DNA from: Terriglobia bacterium
GTDB lineage: Bacteria > Acidobacteriota > Terriglobia > Terriglobales > Acidobacteriaceae
Direction: 5' to 3'
DNA: 64,000 nucleotides
Assembly (NCBI GenBank): GCA_963723055.1
Contig: CAVROV010000002.1
Location: forward strand, 98,633-162,632
Positions within the stretch are counted from its first letter, which is position 1, and each line of letters opens with the position of its first letter. Below the pieces are notes generated by a model. It ran no database searches, had not been told where the DNA came from, and worked only from the letters and a program-made list of their open reading frames with translations. Below, piece after piece: positions 9,472-15,904 of the stretch. The translations under genes were made by a program, and so were the position numbers.

Positions 9472-9665
9472 TGGTCACTCTCACACCAGGGGTAATGGCT
9501 GAGATGTGAATCCAGCAGCTCAGGTTGCAGTACATTCGTCACCGAGCAACGAAAGCAAATTTCATTCGCAGACTTAACACAGTCTTAACAAAGCGGCCAG
9601 CTATCTATCTCTAAATAGCAGGCCCATCCTCTTATTGATCTTCAAGAACGATCCGCTCAAAAACC

Positions 9666-10154
9666 TTACTTGATCGTGGCTGCTCCGGCCGTGGCGCAGA
9701 CGCCATCGTGGTCGCTGGTGTCGCCGGAAACGCCAATCGCGCCAATGATCTTGCCGTCGGCAAGAAGAGGAATACCGCCTTCCACCGGCACTGCGCCTTC
9801 CAGTCCAAGCACGCGCATGCCCGCACCGCCGCTGGCCAGGGAATCCTGAAACGCCTTGGAAGGGCGTTTATACAGCGCCGCCGAGCGTGCTTTGTTGATA
9901 GAAACGTTGGCGCTTCCAAGCTGTGTATTGTCCATCTTCTCGTAATAGATGAGTGTGCCATCAGGACCGACAATGGCCACCGCCATGGTCCAGTGGTTTT
10001 TTACCGCTTCCGCCAGCGCGGCAGCCGCGGCTTTCTTGGCGTTTTCCACGGTGATGGGTGGTCCGTAAGGGTTAGGCAGCATCTGAGCCTCCATTCCTAA
10101 CGCGCAAACAGCCAGCGCCAGGACTGACAAGATTTTTATCGTGCGTGATGACAT
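9666..10154 (-). CDS. GlcG/HbpS-like heme-degrading/heme-binding family protein, secreted
   Basis: Signal peptide, then GGIPLLADGKIIGAIGVSGDTSDHDGVCA, typical of the GlcG (DUF336) family. Confidence 0.75.
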   Translation of the reverse strand: MSSRTIKILSVLALAVCALGMEAQMLPNPYGPPITVENAKKAAAAALAEAVKNHWTMAVAIVGPDGTLIYYEKMDNTQLGSANVSINKARSAALYKRPSKAFQDSLASGGAGMRVLGLEGAVPVEGGIPLLADGKIIGAIGVSGDTSDHDGVCATAGAATIK

Positions 10155-10720
10155 GGTACATCGCTCCTCTTTTTATCGCATGTGTGCGAAGGTTCATCAA
10201 CAACTCCACATGAAAAAGATTCCAGAAGAAAAAACTGGCTGCTCGTCGACGACAATCACTTTAACCGCGTGAGGAACGAAGTCTAGAGTCTGCAGAAAGC
10301 CTGTGTCAAGAAGCGCCAGGTAGCGGCGTCGCTTCAGTTTGGATATCGTTCGCGAAAATCACCGGCTCCTTTGCGCACGATCTCGACGGCCCCTTGCGAA
10401 TACGCGCATTGTCCACTCGCAAACTGCAAGGGGCTAGCCGTCGGTCGCCCCCCTCGACATGCCATCCCGAACGCGTAGCGTGAGGGACCGGCTCCGCTGC
10501 CCTTGCGCGGTAGTCCTGAAGACCAGCGGAGCAGATTCCTCGCTTCGCTCGGAACGGCATGTCGTTATATTTGCGGCGCCAATTACATTGCAAGAAACGG
10601 TGGCGTTTGCATTTCGCATTGCGCCCAAACCACGGCGTGCACCCGCGCGTAAATCGAAGGATGACAGAGCGTAAAATCGCACCTCCACGTTAGAATGCTT
10701 AGGACCGTTCAACCAACAAC

Positions 10721-11581
10721 ATGGAACCAATCTCGCACTTCTTTTACTCTGACCGGCTCAAACTCCAGTTCTGGGATTACGGACAGGACGGCAAGCCCGC
10801 GCTGGTGCTCGTCCACGGCGGCCTGGACCACGCCCGCAACTGGGACTGGGTGGCGCGGTCGCTGCGCGAGCATTATCACGTCTATGCGCTCGATCTGCGC
10901 GGACACGGCAACAGCGCCTGGGCTCCGGGGGCCATGTACAGCGTAGCCGAGCATGTGCTCGATCTTTCCACGCTGCTCGATATCATTGACGAGTTCCCTA
11001 TCCGCCTTGTTGGACATTCGCTTGGTGGCATTATCGTGCTGCATTATGCCGGCATCTATCCCAGCCGCGTGACGAAGGCCGTGTCTATTGAAGGCATCGG
11101 ATTTCCGCCCAGCCATCGCGTACACGGCGCGGCTTCCAACCGGCTGCGCCACTGGGTTGAAGCCCGGCGCGACATCGAAAAGCGCAAACGCAAACCTTAT
11201 CCCAACCTGGACGCCGCCATGGCCCGCATGAAAGAAGCTAATCCGCACCTGAGCGACGAGGTCGCGCGCCACCTGACGCTGCACGGCACTGACTGGGATT
11301 CCGAAGGCTGTCTTACCTGGAAGTTCGATAACTACGCACGCGCCATCGGCCCCTTCGGCCACAACCTTGCCGATACCTCAGAGATTTACGGCCAGATCAC
11401 CTCGCCCACGCTGCTCTTCTGGGGACTGGAAAGCTTTGCTCCGGTGCCGGAAAACGATCCTCGCGTGAAGGCCATGCAGCATTGCCGATTGGTAAAAGTT
11501 CCCAAGGCCGGCCACTGGGTGCATCATGATCAGTTGGATTTGTTTTTGAAGGAGACGACGGAGTTCTTGAAGGAAGGTTAA
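10721..11581 (+). CDS. alpha/beta hydrolase
   Basis: LVLVHGGLDHARNW, nucleophile elbow GHSLGG, C-terminal AGHWVHHDQ. Confidence 0.85.
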   Translation: MEPISHFFYSDRLKLQFWDYGQDGKPALVLVHGGLDHARNWDWVARSLREHYHVYALDLRGHGNSAWAPGAMYSVAEHVLDLSTLLDIIDEFPIRLVGHSLGGIIVLHYAGIYPSRVTKAVSIEGIGFPPSHRVHGAASNRLRHWVEARRDIEKRKRKPYPNLDAAMARMKEANPHLSDEVARHLTLHGTDWDSEGCLTWKFDNYARAIGPFGHNLADTSEIYGQITSPTLLFWGLESFAPVPENDPRVKAMQHCRLVKVPKAGHWVHHDQLDLFLKETTEFLKEG

Positions 11582-11716
11582 CCACAAAGGACACGAAGGC
11601 ACAACAGGTGGGTAGCCACTCTTTCGCCCATTCTTTACGAAGGATGGATTTATCAAAGAGTGCGCTTTTCTTCATAACGCTCGAAACAAAGCGTGGGGTT
11701 ACATCGCTACACACCC

Positions 11717-11807
11717 GACAGCGCCCGGAGGCGCGTCGCGAAGTTAGCCCAGCGCGTAAGCGCTGGGGCGAGTTGTTTTAGCATCCAGAGCGCCGGAGGC
11801 GCGACAC
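11717..11807. repeat. left REP-like inverted-repeat doublet flanking the RAYT gene
   Basis: Module A 11717-11768 contains the hairpin cccagcgc-gtaa-gcgctggg. Module B 11785-11807 (ccagagcgccggaggcgcgacac) is the perfect reverse complement of 12253-12275. Confidence 0.7.
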
Positions 11808-11808
11808 C

Positions 11809-12251
11809 TTGTCCCATACCTATTTTCAGAACGTAGTGCATATCGTTTTCAGCACAAAGGAGCGGCGGAAAATCATCCCAATGCAAATGAAAAAGCGCCT
11901 ATGGGCGTATACCGCCGGTATTTGTCAGCACCAAAACATCTTCGTGCACGCCATTGGCGGGATGGAAGACCATATTCATTTGTTGCTGCAATTCCAGCCA
12001 CGCTTGCCATTGCCGACACAATCCGTGAGGTTAAGGCGAACTCTTCGGGGTGGATGTCCCGCGAGAGCGGCAGGTTCGCGTGGCAACAGGGGTATGGCGG
12101 GTTCGGGGTAAGCAAGTCGAATATTGCGGCGGTGGTACGGTATATCCAAAATCAGGAACAGCACCACAAGAAAATGACGTTTGAAGAGGAGTTCATTGCG
12201 TTGTTGAAGAAGCACGGCATCGAATACGATCCGCGCTATGTTTTTGGTTGA
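11809..12251 (+). mobile_element. REP-associated tyrosine transposase (IS200/IS605 Y1 family, RAYT), apparent frameshift near 11977-11992
   Basis: SHTYFQNVVHIVFSTKERR and GGMEDHIHLL (HUH block) lie in frame 1. IPATLAIADTIREVKANSSGWM...FAWQQGYGGFGVS (catalytic Tyr block)...QEQHHKKMTFEEEF lies in frame 3. TTG start. Confidence 0.8.
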
Positions 12252-12252
12252 T

Positions 12253-12342
12253 GTGTCGCGCCTCCGGCGCTCTGGTCTTTCTTCTACCTTTACCCAGCGC
12301 TTACGCGCTGGGCTAACTTCTCGGCGCGCCTACGGCGCTGCC
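12253..12342. repeat. right REP-like inverted-repeat doublet flanking the RAYT gene
   Basis: 12253-12275 is the perfect 23-nt reverse complement of 11785-11807. 12293-12320 is the perfect 28-nt reverse complement of 11741-11768. Confidence 0.7.
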
Positions 12343-12889
12343 CTTCATGTAGCCCTCGGCGAGCGATGGGCAGGTGTACTGCCAGAAAGTTGCAGAGAAT
12401 TTTGGCCAATCCGTGAACTTCTCAGCACGCGAAATTGAACATGGCCGGTTTCGTGCTTTATTTGCCGGATCATTTTGGCCTAAGATGCAGAATGGTCGAA
12501 CTTCACCCCAAAAACAAAAAAAAGTGAATTCCTAACGGGGAATGTGAAAAGCAGGCAGCGCCATGGAAGCAGCATTCAGCAATCAGCCTTCAGCCAGAAG
12601 CAGGAGCTTTTCACCGCAAAGGACGCAGAGGACGCAAAGGAAAGCAAAAAAAATCAAAGCGAAACGCCCCCGGAGCAGCGGGCGGAGGCGCTGGTACGGA
12701 GGATCCATGGAGGCGCGGAGACGCGGAGAACAGCCAAGTCAGGGTATCGCCGGGGTTGAAGTGGGCATCCCCGGGGTTGAATCGTGTAAACCTTTTAGAT
12801 TCCTAGATGAGGGATAGGGGGGAGGGGGGAGGAAATTGCTAAATGGGTATCTGGTGATTTGGGTAAATAAAGAAGGAGGCTTGATTACG

Positions 12890-13210
12890 TCACGCTTCCC
12901 TTCTCTGCACCACCACCATCCCCGCCAGCGCCAGCCCCATGCCGACGCAGAACGCCGGGCTGGCGACCAGAAACAGCACGACGAAAACCAGCACCATGAC
13001 CGCCGCGATCTTTGCATGATGCAGCGTGTAGTCAAAAACAAGGAGCAGCAGGAGCGCAGCCGGGATCGATACCAGGCAATATCCTGCTTGCGCCAGCGAG
13101 AAACTTCCATGCCGGTAATAACGCAGGGCGCCGACAAGAAAAATCGCCACGGCCAGCAGAAGCAGCACGGCCCCGGCCCTGGCCACGCCGCTTTGTTGAG
13201 GTTGTTTCAT
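12890..13210 (-). CDS. hypothetical small membrane protein (3 TM)
   Basis: 106-aa hydrophobic ORF. The opposite-strand ORF is H/Q/R-rich, which looks like an antisense artefact. No clear RBS. Confidence 0.35.
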   Translation of the reverse strand: MKQPQQSGVARAGAVLLLLAVAIFLVGALRYYRHGSFSLAQAGYCLVSIPAALLLLLVFDYTLHHAKIAAVMVLVFVVLFLVASPAFCVGMGLALAGMVVVQRREA

Positions 13211-13422
13211 CGGGCGAAGGATATCACCCAGAGCCGCGATCCGCGCTTATCTGTGTTGGTCCGTGGAGAAAAACACGGTGCAAGAGCAAAACCTTTGAAT
13301 CGCAGAGGAACGGAGGAAGCAGAGGATGTTGGACAACGCAAACCCGCGGCTCCGTTGTGGATTTTAAGAACGTCCCACGCAAAACACTTTGCAGGGCCGC
13401 CAATCTGCGTTACAAATCATTT

Positions 13423-13965
13423 ATGACCCATCAGCAGCTTGTCCGGATGGCCGAGCAGTGGCTTCGCACCCGATATCGTTGTGGAATTGTTCTTTCAGAG
13501 CAATGCTGCGCCAGCGGAGAAACGCCCGATGTGATCGCCTGGAAAGGCGCATGCCGCTCCGTGGTGGTGGAATGCAAGATCTCCCGCGCGGATTTCTTCG
13601 CCGATCAGGAAAAGCCCTTCCGCAAGAATCCTGAGCTGGCCATGGGTTGCGAGCGTTTTTATCTGGCGCCGCAGGGTCTCATCACCACTCAGGAGCTTCC
13701 TGCAAAATGGGGATTGCTGGAGTGTAAAGGCCGGGAAGTGCGGATGTCGGTGAAGCCTTGCCGTCAGGCCCAGCGCGGCCCCGCCGGAATGATGCGGGAA
13801 ATGAATCTTTTGCTTGCCAGCCTGCGGCGCGTTGAAGTGCGCATTGAGCCGCAGACCATCACCGATTTTCTTAAGTGGAAAAACCGGCTGGCTGAATACA
13901 ACGGTGGACGCCTGCCTGAAGGAATCACCGCGCCGGAAGCCGAGCCCAACGTACATCTGATATGA
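13423..13965 (+). CDS. MmcB-like PD-(D/E)XK nuclease-fold protein
   Basis: ETPDVIAW...SVVVECKISRADFFADQEK...CERFYLAPQGLI matches the D...E-x-K core and the downstream F-Y-x-A-P block of the MmcB/DUF1052-type family as I recall it. I place the start at ATG 13423; the upstream part of ORF 13012-13965 is Arg/Pro-rich junk. Confidence 0.5.
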   Translation: MTHQQLVRMAEQWLRTRYRCGIVLSEQCCASGETPDVIAWKGACRSVVVECKISRADFFADQEKPFRKNPELAMGCERFYLAPQGLITTQELPAKWGLLECKGREVRMSVKPCRQAQRGPAGMMREMNLLLASLRRVEVRIEPQTITDFLKWKNRLAEYNGGRLPEGITAPEAEPNVHLI

Positions 13966-13977
13966 AAGGAGCCCAAG

Positions 13978-14244
13978 TCACGCGCCATGCTTGTGTGTAC
14001 GTTTTTCGAGTTTGAGGACACGCTCTTCAGCGGATGGTTTGATCAACTGAAAACGTACGGCCTCGCCACACCCGTTGCAGCGGGGAAAAAGCTCGCCTTT
14101 CCGAACGACTACTGTGTGCGACGCGCGGTGTGCCTGATGCGTAACTTCATAGGTCCCGCCCTTGTTGCAGACGTCCCCCGGCTGAAAGATTGGTCCGAGA
14201 CTGGCGCCTTCCATAGCAACCCCTGGAATAGTCTGTCGCGTCAA
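13978..14244 (-). CDS. hypothetical small protein with C-x-n-C-x2-C zinc-ribbon-like cysteines
   Basis: 88-aa ORF (GDVCNKGGTYEV...FPRCNGCGEAVRFQL), convergent with the nuclease gene and 12 nt apart. Start ambiguous (TTG 14244 or ATG 14214). Confidence 0.4.
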   Translation of the reverse strand: MTRQTIPGVAMEGASLGPIFQPGDVCNKGGTYEVTHQAHRASHTVVVRKGELFPRCNGCGEAVRFQLIKPSAEERVLKLEKRTHKHGA

Positions 14245-14520
14245 AAGTTTGGCGAGCGTGGCGGCGGCAGTTCGAACTTGGATGGCGGCTTTTTTGTTTT
14301 CGTTGTCCTGGCCAGAGTAGCTCTTCTGATTTATTCATCGCCATCGGGTGTAGTGACGGGCTCGACCCGAATGCGAACGAATGCCGGAAACCTGCAAGAA
14401 GTTGTTGGACACGGGCGAAAGTCATTACAATCAATCACAGAGCCCGCCCAGATTGCCCCATCGGTTTCGCCATAGCGTTTGATGGGACTCGCCAGGCATA
14501 AAACGGGGTTGGAGAACAGA

Positions 14521-14772
14521 GTGAAAATTGAAATACGTTCCTGCCCGACATGACAGAACAACAAAGCCAAGGTCACGAGTCTCGTGACCCTAATTAAACA
14601 GCGCCTTGGCCTGGAAGTTACGGTCACGCCTGGCAATACCGGTCAATTCGACGTGCTGGCTGATGGAGAGAGAATTGCCGAGCGCCGCGGAAACTGGTTC
14701 ACAAAAAGCTTTGGCGCAGGTTATCCCGATCTCGATAACGTAGTTGAGCAACTCCAGAAGCGCGTTACCTAA
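14521..14772 (+). CDS. Rdx/SelW-like selenoprotein candidate (CxxU, in-frame TGA at 14551-14553)
   Basis: GGAG at 14511-14514, GTG at 14521. Conceptual product is VKIEIRSCPT-U-QNNKAKVTSLVTLIKQRLGLEVTVTPGNTGQFDVLADGE... The N-terminal CxxU and the G-x-F-x-V core are characteristic of the Rdx family. A hairpin follows the TGA and a tRNA-Sec gene lies nearby. Confidence 0.7.
14571..14589 (+). promoter_or_regulatory. SECIS-like stem-loop downstream of the in-frame TGA
   Basis: ggtcacgag-t-ctcgtgacc: perfect 9-nt complementary arms starting 17 nt after the TGA, with GU in the apex. Confidence 0.55.
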
Positions 14773-14790
14773 AGAAGCAGGCGGCATTCT

Positions 14791-15477
14791 TCATGACTGT
14801 CCTGGAAGACCGAGCTGTTCCAGGTGCAACAACATGTCTTCAGGGCCTGAATAAATTCGAAATGCGCCGGCGCGATGCAGCTCCTCTTCTCCGTATCCAC
14901 CCGACAGCAACCCAACGCCCAGCGCACTCTTACGCCCTGCTGCTAACAAGTCCCACACGCTATCGCCCACCACGATGCAATCGCCCAGCGCCACTTTAAG
15001 ACTTTGCGCGGCGGCCATGAAGATGTCTGGGGATGGCTTGGCCTTTTCCGCGTCATCTCCGGTCAAAACCGGAGTACCGGCTGGGACCTTCAGCTTTTTT
15101 AACAGTAGCGACGTTTGCTTGCGATTGCCCGTGGTCGCAATTGCAATTCGGACTTTAGAGCGGTGAAGATGTTTGAGTAAGTCATCGGCTCCCTGCAATG
15201 GCTGGATTTCAGAAACAACTTCCCTGATTCTGGCATCGTGTTCCTTTTCCAACTCATCGATGTTTATCTTTTTCTTTGGAGCGAACTCACGCATTAATTC
15301 GGTAATAAATGATTTTCCGCTCATCCCGACGCGGCGATGAATCATCCATTTCGGCGCCACAATTCCTGTCTTCATTAACGTGTTCCACCACGCCTGAACG
15401 TGCTCGTAAACGCTGTCAATCAACGTTCCGTCCAGGTCAAAAAGCACGGCAGGCATTTCACTTTTAGCTTTCGCCAT
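14791..15477 (-). CDS. HAD-superfamily hydrolase (subfamily IA, phosphatase-like)
   Basis: VLFDLDGTLIDS motif I, ATTGN (motif II region), VVGDSVWD motif IV. Start taken at MAKAKSEMPAVLFDLDG. Confidence 0.8.
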   Translation of the reverse strand: MAKAKSEMPAVLFDLDGTLIDSVYEHVQAWWNTLMKTGIVAPKWMIHRRVGMSGKSFITELMREFAPKKKINIDELEKEHDARIREVVSEIQPLQGADDLLKHLHRSKVRIAIATTGNRKQTSLLLKKLKVPAGTPVLTGDDAEKAKPSPDIFMAAAQSLKVALGDCIVVGDSVWDLLAAGRKSALGVGLLSGGYGEEELHRAGAFRIYSGPEDMLLHLEQLGLPGQS

Positions 15478-15596
15478 AGTTGCACTCCAAATCTGGTGTT
15501 CTCGCGAGCCGCACAGGCTTAGCTTACAAGTCACACAGGCTTAATGGATGCAAACGGAGGTCGAACGGCTTGCAACGGCGCTATGTTATTGAATAC

Positions 15597-15693
15597 TGGC
15601 GGAAGCGTGTGAGAGTCGAACTCACCAGAGCCAGCAAAGCTAACTCTCGCCGGTTTTGAAGACCGGAAGGGTCACCGGACCCCATGCGCTTCC
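15597..15693 (-). tRNA. selC: tRNA-Sec (anticodon UCA)
   Basis: Reverse complement is GGAAGCGC..CCGGT-CTTCAAA-ACCGG..long variable arm AGAGTTAGC/GCTGGCTCT..GTGAG-TTCGACT-CTCAC..CGCTTCC-G-CCA. 97 nt with an extended acceptor stem. Confidence 0.9.
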
Positions 15694-15725
15694 GCGTCTC
15701 GATAGTCTACAGGAAGCGCTTGATT

Positions 15726-15902
15726 CCACCGCGGCGTCACGGAGACACCGAGAAAAGCAAAGAAATCCTCTGCGCGAATGCGACTTTTGCTTTTTCGTGG
15801 TCTTGAACTGAAGTTTTTCGCTATCTTCCGAAAATGCTTGGTTCTGCTTTTCCTTATTGTCCTGCTCTCGGTTTTTCTCCGTATCTCCGTGCTCCGTGGT
15901 GG
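15726..15902. repeat. MITE-like element bounded by imperfect ~30-nt inverted repeats
   Basis: ccaccgcggcgtcacggagacaccgagaaaa (15726-15756) compared with the reverse complement of 15873-15902 (ccaccacggagcacggagatacggagaaaa). Related cacggaga motifs occur at about 12700-12735 and 13258-13285. Confidence 0.45.
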
Positions 15903-15904
15903 AG

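Noticed and set aside
10709-11362. 217-aa ORF on the minus strand
   Set aside because: Antisense to the alpha/beta hydrolase gene, which has HGG, GHSLGG and a C-terminal His block.
12316-12533. Minus-strand open frame reading ...AEKFTDWPKFSATFWQYTCPSLAEGYMKGSAVGAPRS-stop, considered as a gene remnant cut by the RAYT/REP insertion
   Set aside because: No start codon, no recognisable family, and its last codons are REP sequence. It may be a relic, but I cannot support that.
12544-12817. ORFs 12544-12759 and 12563-12817 (Lys/Arg/Glu-rich)
   Set aside because: They are translations of dispersed repeat motifs (aaggacgcagaggacgcaaagg, ggagacgcggagaa). There is no RBS, and the ORFs overlap each other.
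12813-12835. G-rich tract gggataggggggaggggggagg as a G-quadruplex or regulatory element
   Set aside because: It is a single occurrence in repeat litter downstream of a doubtful ORF, with no functional context.
13012-13422. N-terminal 137 codons of ORF 13012-13965
   Set aside because: This part is Arg/Pro/Gly-rich, overlaps the antisense of the 3-TM ORF and the repeat litter. Nuclease-like sequence begins only after ATG 13423.
14245-14340. Possible longer version of the zinc-ribbon ORF starting at MAMNKSEELLWPGQ via yet another frameshift near an a-run
   Set aside because: The two frames can be joined, but there is nothing to compare against. Without homologues this is speculation.
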